In this document: positions 49,510 to 58,428 of the stretch, piece after piece
Layout of the letters: each line of letters starts with the position of its first letter
Position numbering within the stretch: the first letter of the stretch is position 1
Source: Pseudomonadota bacterium
Lineage (GTDB): Bacteria; Desulfobacterota; Binatia; Binatales; Binataceae
DNA length: 64,000 nt
NCBI GenBank assembly: GCA_021324885.1
Contig: JAJPIF010000029.1
Location: 1,078-65,077 of the forward strand
Reading direction: 5' to 3'
Position numbers and translations under genes: made by a program
The notes under the pieces: model-generated
Seen by the model: the letters and a program-made list of their open reading frames with translations, nothing else
Told to the model about the DNA's origin: nothing
Databases searched by the model: none

Positions 49510-50457
49510 TCAACGCTTTTCGAAGGCAAAAAACAACTGCTCGGGGTCCTCGTATCCCAATTGGCGGGCGCAATGGCGGATCGCGTCGGTGTTGGATTGC
49601 AGGATCTCGAAGCGGCCCGCATCCATGATTCCGGGCAGATGGTCGCGCAGGCCTTCGACGGTGATGTCGGGGTCAACGACGCCGTAAGTCTGGCCGATGA
49701 ACATCCGCGCGATCCGGCCGCCGCCTGACACGATACATTCGCCGCTGATCGCGCAGTCCTCGTGCGCAAGGTAGCCGACGGCGACCGCAGCGCGCTCGGG
49801 TGGCAGATAGTTCACAAGAAAATCCTTCAGTGGCGAAGGCGGGAAAGCGCCAACTCCGCGGGTCGCGGCCGAGGGCGAGATCGCGTTGCATTTGATGCCG
49901 CACTCGGCGCCCTCCAGCGCCATCGCGCGGGTCAAGCCGAGGATCGCGGCCTTGGCCGCGCCGTACGCGCTGTTGCCAGGCAGCCCATAGACTGACGCCG
50001 AACTGGTGTTGACGATTCTGCCGTAGCGCGCCGCCTGCATGTGCGGCCACGCGGCCTGGCTGACCCATACCGTACCCATCAAGCTGACATCAACCAGCCG
50101 CCGGAACGTGTCGGCAGGGTATTGCGCGAACGGGCAGGAAAAGCCGTAGCCCGCATTGTTGACGACGATGTCGATGCGCCCGAAAGTGTGGATTGCTTTG
50201 TGCACCGCGGCGGCGGCGCCGTCCTGTTCGCCCACGCTGTGCGTATCGGCCACCGCGTCGCCGCCCGCCGCCTTGATCTCCTCGACCACGGCGCGCGCCG
50301 GCACATCCGACCTGCCGGTGCCATCCATCGCCGCACCGACATCGTTCACTACAACGCGGGCTCCGCGCTGGGCCAGCAGATGCGCATAGGCGCGCCCCAA
50401 ACCATTGCCGGCGCCGGTAACCAGCGCCACGCGGCCGTCGAAACGCATTTGATCCAT
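49510..50457 (-). CDS. SDR oxidoreductase (hydroxyacyl-CoA dehydrogenase/MFE-2-like)
   Basis: TGAGNGLG, VVVNDVG, NNAG, YGAAK. Confidence 0.93.
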   Translation of the reverse strand: MDQMRFDGRVALVTGAGNGLGRAYAHLLAQRGARVVVNDVGAAMDGTGRSDVPARAVVEEIKAAGGDAVADTHSVGEQDGAAAAVHKAIHTFGRIDIVVNNAGYGFSCPFAQYPADTFRRLVDVSLMGTVWVSQAAWPHMQAARYGRIVNTSSASVYGLPGNSAYGAAKAAILGLTRAMALEGAECGIKCNAISPSAATRGVGAFPPSPLKDFLVNYLPPERAAVAVGYLAHEDCAISGECIVSGGGRIARMFIGQTYGVVDPDITVEGLRDHLPGIMDAGRFEILQSNTDAIRHCARQLGYEDPEQLFFAFEKR

Positions 50458-50771
50458 TTTGCTCGGCTTCCTCGATCGGTTGTCAAAAAGCCCCTTCATT
50501 GCAGCGAAGGTCACCGGCTGCTACTGCGCGACATTGCGGCCCCTGACTGTCCCCCGATGGATACATCACCAGGCCCGAGGCGATTGCTCCCGCCATGATA
50601 CCGGTTGGTAGAAAAATCCACACGGAGTCTAGCGGATGTTGGACAGCAAATAAAAACCGCCAGTCGCGGCCATCACGAAGCAACCGGAGGCTGCATCCAC
50701 GCGTTGGTCGCGATGATGAAGAAGAGCCACGATCCTGGCAGGGTGCGGAAAAAAGGAGATTATCCACTTGA

Positions 50772-51099
50772 CAACTGGTCGGGTTCGATGTGTTCGACCC
50801 GGTAACGATGGAGACGGAACATCGGCGCGGCGACGACGTGCCCGCGTGGCTGCTCGATACGGACTACAACGGGCTCAGCTTCCATGTTTCGCAGGCGTTC
50901 TTTCCCCGCACCGGCGCATGGGAGAACCTGAAGCGGGCGCTGCGCGGCGTATATAGAAGATACGGTCTGGGACCATCTGGCGGGCGCTGCGAGCGCGCCG
51001 TTCGAGGCGGGCGAACACGGCCAGATCGCGGTCAAGGCGATCGACGACCGCGGCAACGAACTGACGGTGGTCAAGGACTTGAAGGATCTGCGAAAATAA
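50772..51099 (+). pseudogene. 3' remnant of a site-specific adenine DNA methyltransferase (type III Mod-like), frameshifted
   Basis: GFDVFDPVT...AWLLDTDYNG.SF.VSQAFFP...WENLKRAL, then a +1 frameshift near 50955 into EDTVWDHLAG..SAPF...QIAVKAIDDRGNEL. No N-terminal part. Confidence 0.75.
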
Positions 51100-51113
51100 G
51101 CGCTGGGACGGCT

Positions 51114-51464
51114 ATGACGGAGCAAACCGATAGCGACCTGGTCGCGCGCGACGCGAAGCTGGGGGAGATCGTGCGCCGGCTGGCCGACGCTTACCATCCC
51201 CTTGCGATTTACCTGTTCGGCTCGAAAGCGCGCGGCGACGCCGGCCCTGATAGCGACTATGATTTGCTGGTAGTCGTGCCTGACGACGCTCCGGCCGAGC
51301 GGCGCCGCAGCCGACTCGCGTATGAGACTCTGTGGCGTTGCGGAGCGACGGGCGCGGTCGACGCCCTGGTCTGCACGCAGTCCTACTTTGACGCCCGGCG
51401 CCATCTTAAGGCGTCGCTGCCCGGAACCGTTCTGCGCGAGGGAAAACTGCTCTATGCCGCATGA
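51114..51464 (+). CDS. Minimal nucleotidyltransferase (MNT) antitoxin
   Basis: IYLFGSKARGDAGPDSDYDLLVV (GS-x10-DxD), EGKLLY. Confidence 0.9.
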   Translation: MTEQTDSDLVARDAKLGEIVRRLADAYHPLAIYLFGSKARGDAGPDSDYDLLVVVPDDAPAERRRSRLAYETLWRCGATGAVDALVCTQSYFDARRHLKASLPGTVLREGKLLYAA

Positions 51465-51867
51465 CCCGGCCCTAGTTGCGGATACGGCCGCCTGGCTGCG
51501 AAAGGCGGCAGAAGACCTCGCGATCGCGAAGGAATTGTTGAAGCCTGCAAAAGCTCTTTGCGGCGGTGCGGTGTTTCACTGCCAGCAGGCCGCCGAGAAG
51601 GCGTTGAAGGCGGTCCTGGTATGGCACGATGTGCCCTTCCGCAAGACCCACGACCTGAGAGAGCTGGGCAATGCTTGCATCAAGATCGAGGCAACCCTGA
51701 AAGATGCGATTGCCGACGCGATTCCGCTGACCGAGTACGCATGGAGGTTTCAATATCCGGGCGAGCCGGTGCAGCCCACAAAGCGCGAGGCGCGGGCCGC
51801 GTTGGCGGCGGCGCGCAATCTTTACGGCGCGGTCGTATCGCGCCTGCCGAAGGACGTAAAGCCGTGA
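51454..51867 (+). CDS. HEPN domain protein (MNT partner)
   Basis: WLRKAAEDL, FHCQQAAEKALKA, KTHDL; overlaps the MNT stop. Confidence 0.9.
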   Translation: MPHDPALVADTAAWLRKAAEDLAIAKELLKPAKALCGGAVFHCQQAAEKALKAVLVWHDVPFRKTHDLRELGNACIKIEATLKDAIADAIPLTEYAWRFQYPGEPVQPTKREARAALAAARNLYGAVVSRLPKDVKP

Positions 51868-51907
51868 ACTCCGAAAGGGGCCGAGTTAAAGGCGAGGGAG
51901 AAGTCGA

Positions 51908-52147
51908 ATGGAAGCGAAGCTGAGTTTCAGATACGACCGCGAGGCGGACATTCTGCACATCGACAAGTGTGCTCCGTATGCGGACCAGGAATCAGAGGAG
52001 CTTGGCGATGACGTGATCGCGCGACTGAATCCCACGAGCGGGGAGATCGAAACCCTGGAAGTCCTGTTTTTTTCGACGCGGCTGCTGCGTGATGATCTGT
52101 TCGAGCTTCCAGTGACAGCCGATTTGCGCCGCGTAATCGAGAGCTGA
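51908..52147 (+). CDS. DUF2283-like small acidic protein
   Basis: FRYDREADILHI...SEELGDDVIARLN..GEIETLEV; GGAG SD. Confidence 0.8.
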   Translation: MEAKLSFRYDREADILHIDKCAPYADQESEELGDDVIARLNPTSGEIETLEVLFFSTRLLRDDLFELPVTADLRRVIES

Positions 52148-52494
52148 GCGCGACGATCGCGCCTCGCAGCACCGTTACTTGGCCTTCGTAACGATAGATG
52201 AGATTGCTTCGCTGCCGGAAAAGGGTGACCCAGAGCCGTGTTGTCTATTCGGGTATCCCGCGAATATGGCCGAGGTGCCTTGGTTCGCACAAAAGCGGCC
52301 CTTGCTTGAGTCGGCTTTCATTTTGACTCTTTCGAGCCCGCAATCGCGCCGTCAAGGGCACGCCACTGATGGCACGTTTGCTATCGAGCGGCCACCGCAT
52401 GATGGAGGTCGATGGGAATATGCGGTCGTCGCTAAACCGACCGACATCGGAACGGTTCTCAACGCCCTGGGCGGGATGCGACATTGACCTGCTC

Positions 52495-52760
52495 GGCCCC
52501 AGACCCCGTGCCTGCGCCACGACCCGGCCGAAAAACTCCCGCGCGACATCGTGCTTGACCAACCGGGCCCGGTTGCGCGCAAAGCTGCTGTGGTCGAAGC
52601 TCGGCTGGTCCAGACCCATATCCAGAAACCAGAGCAACGGCAGGTCGTAATTCAGTTGCTCGCAAGACAGCCGCTCGCTGCGCACCGTGTAAAATGCGAT
52701 CAGCAGCGCGGCTTTCAGCAGGCGCTCGGGCGGAATCGAAGGCCGCCCGGTCTTGCTGGC
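52495..52760 (-). mobile_element. IS5-family (DUF772) transposase internal fragment
   Basis: GRPSIPPERLLKA.LL..FY.VRSER..CEQL.Y...WFL...FDHSSF.RNR.RL. Truncated on both sides, before the DDE core. Confidence 0.82.
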
Positions 52761-52761
52761 A

Positions 52762-53124
52762 TCACTTTGAAAGGAAGAGGCGGACGGCCAACGCAAGGAG
52801 CAGAAGCGCAAACAATCGGCGCAGGACGAGCCCGGAAAGCTGCGTCGCGACTACCGCGCCGAGGTAGGCGCCGATTGCCAGGCCCAGCGCCAGGAGCGTG
52901 GCGTATCGCCAATCAAGCGCTCCGTCGCGCCAGTAGACCCACGCGCCGAAGACGCCCACCGGCGGCAAAAGCGCGCCCAGTGACGTTCCGATCGCTGCTT
53001 TGGTCGGCATCCCGACCAGAAAAATGAGCGCCGGGACGATGATCACGCCTCCCGCCACGCCGAAGAAGCCACCGAGAATTCCCGCTATCAAGCCTATTAT
53101 CAGAACGAGCAGAAGGTCATTCAT
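52762..53124 (-). CDS. TauE/SafE (TSUP) family half-size membrane protein
   Basis: GLIAGILGGFFGVAGGVIIVPAL, AIGTSL; 4 TM. Confidence 0.88.
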   Translation of the reverse strand: MNDLLLVLIIGLIAGILGGFFGVAGGVIIVPALIFLVGMPTKAAIGTSLGALLPPVGVFGAWVYWRDGALDWRYATLLALGLAIGAYLGAVVATQLSGLVLRRLFALLLLALAVRLFLSK

Positions 53125-53199
53125 CGTTGCGCGCTCTTTATGTGCTGTAGCCCAGCTCGGGCAATGATTCGACGACGCGATCAGATTCAAGAACCATTG

Positions 53200-53340
53200 G
53201 CCGTCAAGTCCCTGACCCTTTATCGCCACAAGCCAGCCGCAGACGTTCGACACATACACTGTTCCTCCGACTATCACTGGTGACGATGGGCCGATGCTCC
53301 ACCGCAGTGCCTGCTCGCGAACAACTCACCATCCGATACA
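53200..53340 (-). pseudogene. Remnant of a PQQ-like beta-propeller gene (last blade)
   Basis: DGELFASRHCGG / frameshift / IGPSSPVIVGGTVYVSNVCGWLVAI. Confidence 0.45.
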
Positions 53341-53521
53341 CGGATCGCCGCCATATCGCCAGCTTTGTATAGTTATAGGCGACGGCTTTTTCGACGGCGG
53401 CGCCGGCTTCGGATCTCGGCTCCCAGGTGAGTTCGCCAAACCGTCCTGCCGGTTTTAAGATCGAAGCTGTAGTGGCCGCCCGACACCGGACTCCCCTCAA
53501 GCACTTGGCCGTCCGCTTCTT

Positions 53522-54676
53522 TCAGTTTGCGGCTTCGCTTGACGGCTGGCCGACAATCGAAAACCGCACCTGGGCGCCTTCGCGCAGATCGCTGCTGAAG
53601 GAAGAGACGACCAGATCAGCGGTCGTAAGGCCCGAGAGGATCTCGATTCGGTTCGGATCGGTAAGACCGGTGCGTACCGGCGCCTTTTCCAATCGTCCAT
53701 TTCTCACTAAAAAGACCGACGCGGATGCGCCCTGGCGATTTACCGCGCTGATTGGCAGCACCAGCGTGTCGCGATGCGAGACCAGGTCGAGCTTTACACG
53801 CGCGTACATCCGGGGGTAAAGCATACCGGTCGGATTATCTATATCGATCTCGGCCAGCATGGTCCGTGTTGTGAGGTCGAGAGCGCCGGCATAACGCACA
53901 ACGGAGCTCTTCACGACCATGCCCGGCACCTCGTCAAATGTCAGCGTGGCGGGTGTGCCGCGTCGGATGTAACGACACCACCTGCCGGGGACATAGACAT
54001 AAACCCGCAGCTTGTCCACCTTCGCGACCGTGAAAATCGGCCCTCCGCCAGTGCGGTGACCGCCGGCACCCTCGGTCGCGCCGGGAGAAATCAAGGCCGA
54101 GCTCTCGTCCACACCGATGTCTCCTCCCCCGGCGCGGACGAGAGCCCCGGGGTCGGCAAAGCGCCCGGTGACGATTCCATCGAAGGGTGCGAGAATGCGC
54201 GTATAACCGACCATTGTCTCCAGCGTATGGACCGAGGCCTGAGCCTGCCGGTATTTGAAGTAGGCGATGTCGACATCTTGCTGGGAAATCAGCCGTGAGT
54301 CTGACACCTGTACCCGCCTCAGGCGCTCATATGTGATCTTGTCGATCGCCAGCATGGCCTGAGCATGTCTCAGGTTGGAATGAAGTTCCGGGACCTCTAT
54401 CACTGCCAGAACCTGTCCGGATTTAACGCGGTCGCCTTTATCAACCAACACCGATTTAAGGTAGCCGGTCACCTTGGCATGCAGCGCGGCCTCATAAAAC
54501 CCGACCAGATCTCCGGGCAACTCGATACTCAGTGTCATCTCTCCCGTCTGCGGGTGGATCACATCGACAGCGGGTTCAGGCGCCGGCGCGTCGACGTTTC
54601 GACCCTGGCAGCCAGACGCGAGCAGCATCACGACCGCCAGACAGGCGGCTATTAACCTCCCTGGCTTGTTCACCAT
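53522..54676 (-). CDS. RND efflux periplasmic adaptor (MFP), lipoprotein
   Basis: Lipobox LASGC, AKVTGYL..V.VDKGDRV, ILAPFDGIV, TRTMLAEIDIDN. Confidence 0.93.
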   Translation of the reverse strand: MVNKPGRLIAACLAVVMLLASGCQGRNVDAPAPEPAVDVIHPQTGEMTLSIELPGDLVGFYEAALHAKVTGYLKSVLVDKGDRVKSGQVLAVIEVPELHSNLRHAQAMLAIDKITYERLRRVQVSDSRLISQQDVDIAYFKYRQAQASVHTLETMVGYTRILAPFDGIVTGRFADPGALVRAGGGDIGVDESSALISPGATEGAGGHRTGGGPIFTVAKVDKLRVYVYVPGRWCRYIRRGTPATLTFDEVPGMVVKSSVVRYAGALDLTTRTMLAEIDIDNPTGMLYPRMYARVKLDLVSHRDTLVLPISAVNRQGASASVFLVRNGRLEKAPVRTGLTDPNRIEILSGLTTADLVVSSFSSDLREGAQVRFSIVGQPSSEAAN

Positions 54677-54710
54677 ATTACCGTCGTTTCATACACAATC
54701 GTCGGACACA

Positions 54711-57700
54711 TCACGGTCTGGGGGCGGTCTCATGGCGCCCGCGCTTAAGCGAATAGAACAGCTCCCACACCGTCGGGACCAAAAACAGCGTCATCACGAG
54801 CGAGACGCTGAGTCCGCCGATCACCGACCGGGCCAAAGGCGCCGAGGCCGCGGAGCCAGCCTCAAGTTTCATGGCGAGCGGCGCAAGACCCGCGATTGTG
54901 GCCAGCGATGTCATCAGGATCGGCCGCATCCTGATGCGCGCCGCCTCAACCGCGGCGTCGCGCAGATTATGGCCGGCAAGCCGGCGCTGGTTGGCGAAGT
55001 CGATCAGCAGGATCGCGTTGGACACCACAATCCCGATCATGACGATGACGCCCATCATCGATTCGATGTTGATGGTGGTTCTGGTGGCCCAGAGCATCCA
55101 CACAACGCCGATCAGCCCCATCGGCACCGAAAAAAGAAAGATAAACGGGTCTAACCATGAGCGGGCCTGCGCCACGCCAACCAGATAGACGACCACCACC
55201 GCGAGCAAAAATCCGCCTTCCATGCTTTTGAAGGTCTTCTGCATGTTGACCACGGAACCGCGAAAGTAGACCTTCACATTGCGCGGCGGCCGCAGCTCTT
55301 TCAGCGCGCGCATGACCGCATCCAGAGTGCCGCCGAGATCACTGGTGCGGGGCGAGATCAACACATCCACGACTCGCTGTATGTTGTAGTGGTCGGCCTC
55401 GGAGGGGTAACGCATCTCCTGAACGTTGGCAACGTCTCCCAGAAGAATAGACTGCTCGTGCCCTGAGGCTGTATCCGATCTTGGGCGCGCAGTGCTGTAG
55501 TTGTAGTCGTGATAATTCGAACCCATGCGAGTGCCCACCGGAATATCAAGCAGCGTCTGGAACGAGTCGATGTTTTCCTCGGCGTATTGGGCGCTCAGGT
55601 AGTAATCATCACCGTTGCGAGGATCGATCCAGATAGAGGGCTGAATCATGTCATTGCTGTTAATCGCGGTGATCAGGTTCCTGATCACGGAGCGCTCCGT
55701 AATACCCAGGCGCGCGGCCTTGGTTCGGTCCACGTTGATGTACATAGTGGGATAGTCGGCCACCTGCTTGATCATCATCTGACCGACCTCGCGCACCGAT
55801 CCGAGTCGTGTTTCGATCCGACGCGCGAAATCGAACATCGGCAGGAAGTCCTCGCTCATCGGCGCGCTCAGCTGAACGTCGATCGGAGCCAGCGCGCCGA
55901 AGTCGAGCACCGCATCGATGATGCTGCCCGAGCTGAAGAAAGTCTTCACACTCGGTAATTGGCGCGCAATAGCTGCTCGCACCGCTCTTTCGTAATAGTC
56001 CGTGGATCGTTGATGTCCGCTGCGAAGGGCTACCATAATCTGGCCGGTATCCTCGCCGGAGTTGGGTGTATAGAGCGCGGAAATGTTCGGTACCACACCC
56101 AGGTTGGCGATGACGTTTTCCAAGTCTCCGGGAGGAATGACCTTGTGTATAATCTGGTTGATCTTATCGGCTGCGGCTTCCGTAAGCTCAAGCCGCGTTC
56201 CGACCGGGGTCGTGATGTTTATCACGAACTTGCCGGCGTCGGTCTCGGGGAACATCCTGGTCCCCAGCAGCGGGAACATGAACATCGAGGCAATAAAGAG
56301 CGCCAGCGCTCCGCCGATAACGGCGAGCTTGTGGTCCATTGCCCGGTTGAGAACCTGGGCGAAGCGCCTGGCGAAGCGTTCATAGCCGCGGTCGAAAGCG
56401 GCCAATGGTCCGCGCCGGTCGTCAACACCCGTGGCCTCACGCTGTGCAGCTTGACGCGCTTCTTCCGGATTAAGCAGGCGCGCACAGTAGATCGGGATAA
56501 TGGACATCGAAACCACGTAAGAGGCGGCCATCGAAAAGAACACGGCCAGCGCCAGGGCGCTGAAAAGATATTTACTGACGCCGTACAGAAACACCACCGG
56601 CAGAAAAACCACGATCGTGCTGATGGTCGAGGCGAGCACCGCATAGGTTACTTCCTCAGCTCCTTCCGCCGCTGCCTGCTGAGGTTCCTTGCCCATCGCG
56701 AGATGACGGTTGATGTTCTCCAGCACCACGGTGGAGTCGTCGATCAGACGGCCAATCGCCAGGGTGAAGCCGCCGAGCGTCATCAGATTGATGGTTTGGC
56801 CAGACAGCGACAGACCGACCACACCCGCCAGAATCGACAGCGGTATCGAAAGAAAGATGGCGAAGGTGGAGCGCAGGCTCCCAAGAAAGATCAGGATCAT
56901 CAGCGAGGCCAGCAATGCCCCGGATGCGGCCTCATGTTCGAGCGCGTGCACGGCGTCCAGGATTGTTCCCTCCTGGCTGAACAACGTTCCCACCTTCATT
57001 TTCGCCGGCAATCCCGTCACTTCACTGACCGCGCGCTTGACGCCGTTGATGACATCCAGCGTATTCGCTCCGGTTTGCTTGAAGATCGGGATATAGACGG
57101 AAGGTTTTCCGTCTATCAGTACCTTGTTGTATTGAATCTGTGCCGCGTTCTCGGCCTGTCCCACATCTCCAAAGAACGTCGGACTCTGACTGGGGCCGAG
57201 TTTGATCGGCACGTGATTGAGCGCTTCGGGCGTGGGGATCTGCGCGTTCGAGTAGATGTACCAGTCGTAGGGACCGATCTTCGCGTCGCCGGATGGAAGT
57301 ATCTGATTGGTTTCATTCACCGCATTTACAACATCCTCCAGGGTGATTCCCTGAGCCTGAAGCTTCTGCCGATCCACGTATGCCATGATCTGGCGAATCT
57401 TGCCGCCAAACGGGTACGGCACCGACGCGCCTTCCACGGTGGCCATGAAATTGCGCACGTTGTAGCGCCCTTCATTCTGCAGCTCGGTCTCGTCGTAGGG
57501 ACCGGAGACGGTAACCAGAATCACAGGGATGGATGAGGAGGCGTTGTATTCCAGCACCAGCGGCGGCAGCGTCCCTGGCGGCATCAGCCCGAGATCGCCC
57601 ATCGCGAGCGTGGCCAGGTTGGCGGCCCCAACGCCAATGTTGACGTTGGGATGAAAGTACACGGTGATTGCGCTGACTCCGGGGATCGAGCGCGACTCGA

Positions 57701-57932
57701 TGTGTTCGATCCCGTTGCCCAGGGTGAAGAACCGCTCGTAGCGGCTGGTGATGTCTTGTTCCATCGCAAGCGGCGCAAACCCCGGATAGAATGTCGCCAC
57801 CACCGCGGCCTTTATGTAAAGCCTCGGGAAAACGTCCACCGGCATTTGGGCAAACGCCATCACTCCGAGAATCGCGACCAGCAGCGCCGCGACAATTATC
57901 AAATGCGGGTTGCGTAACGAAAACTGTGGCAT
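54711..57932 (-). CDS. RND efflux permease (AcrB/CusA superfamily)
   Basis: MPVDVFP, INLMTLGG..LAIGRLIDD..VVLENI, GIVVSNAILLIDF, RMRPILMTS. Confidence 0.96.
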   Translation of the reverse strand: MPQFSLRNPHLIIVAALLVAILGVMAFAQMPVDVFPRLYIKAAVVATFYPGFAPLAMEQDITSRYERFFTLGNGIEHIESRSIPGVSAITVYFHPNVNIGVGAANLATLAMGDLGLMPPGTLPPLVLEYNASSSIPVILVTVSGPYDETELQNEGRYNVRNFMATVEGASVPYPFGGKIRQIMAYVDRQKLQAQGITLEDVVNAVNETNQILPSGDAKIGPYDWYIYSNAQIPTPEALNHVPIKLGPSQSPTFFGDVGQAENAAQIQYNKVLIDGKPSVYIPIFKQTGANTLDVINGVKRAVSEVTGLPAKMKVGTLFSQEGTILDAVHALEHEAASGALLASLMILIFLGSLRSTFAIFLSIPLSILAGVVGLSLSGQTINLMTLGGFTLAIGRLIDDSTVVLENINRHLAMGKEPQQAAAEGAEEVTYAVLASTISTIVVFLPVVFLYGVSKYLFSALALAVFFSMAASYVVSMSIIPIYCARLLNPEEARQAAQREATGVDDRRGPLAAFDRGYERFARRFAQVLNRAMDHKLAVIGGALALFIASMFMFPLLGTRMFPETDAGKFVINITTPVGTRLELTEAAADKINQIIHKVIPPGDLENVIANLGVVPNISALYTPNSGEDTGQIMVALRSGHQRSTDYYERAVRAAIARQLPSVKTFFSSGSIIDAVLDFGALAPIDVQLSAPMSEDFLPMFDFARRIETRLGSVREVGQMMIKQVADYPTMYINVDRTKAARLGITERSVIRNLITAINSNDMIQPSIWIDPRNGDDYYLSAQYAEENIDSFQTLLDIPVGTRMGSNYHDYNYSTARPRSDTASGHEQSILLGDVANVQEMRYPSEADHYNIQRVVDVLISPRTSDLGGTLDAVMRALKELRPPRNVKVYFRGSVVNMQKTFKSMEGGFLLAVVVVYLVGVAQARSWLDPFIFLFSVPMGLIGVVWMLWATRTTINIESMMGVIVMIGIVVSNAILLIDFANQRRLAGHNLRDAAVEAARIRMRPILMTSLATIAGLAPLAMKLEAGSAASAPLARSVIGGLSVSLVMTLFLVPTVWELFYSLKRGRHETAPRP

Positions 57933-58428
57933 CGCTGATGCTGCTCCTCGTCCAAATCAGATATTGCAATTGCGCCCTTCCCTGACTGGATAAGGATCGA
58001 CTCTCTAAACCAGTTGGGGCAACCGATTGCTGGTGGCAAATGCGGTTTTTCCTTAGAGCAACGAACGCGCGGCCCTGGCGATGGTCTCGCTCGTCATCGG
58101 ATGCTGGCCGGGGAATTCAGCCAAATCGCGCGCTGTCAGCCCCCGGGCCACAGCCAGCTATCGAGAAGTGAAAGATTCGAAGGCAGGCGCAAACCTCACG
58201 CAACCAGCAGGACCATTTATCAATCGTTCTCCCTCACCGGGGACGTTGAGGGCGAAAGGCGCGATTCATAGGCTCGAGTATTACGCCGCGCAACCCTCAT
58301 TTAATAGCCGCTTAATTGGTTTCTCTTGACAAAACTACGGATATAAGAAAATTTTTTACGTGTTTTCGACAACCACTGTCGATTACTTATCGTAACGTGG
58401 CGAGTTCGCTCAAGGAGGGATTAGGCAA

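Noticed and set aside
50790-51464. 224-aa methylase-MNT fusion in the ORF track
   Set aside because: Artefact of the frameshift near 50955. The middle part is out-of-frame sequence and the MNT starts at ATG 51114.
58014-58360. c-di-GMP-riboswitch-like GCAAACC and a TTGACA promoter
   Set aside because: The second riboswitch stem and GNRA-receptor pattern are absent. TTGACA (58326) has no good -10 at 16-18 nt.
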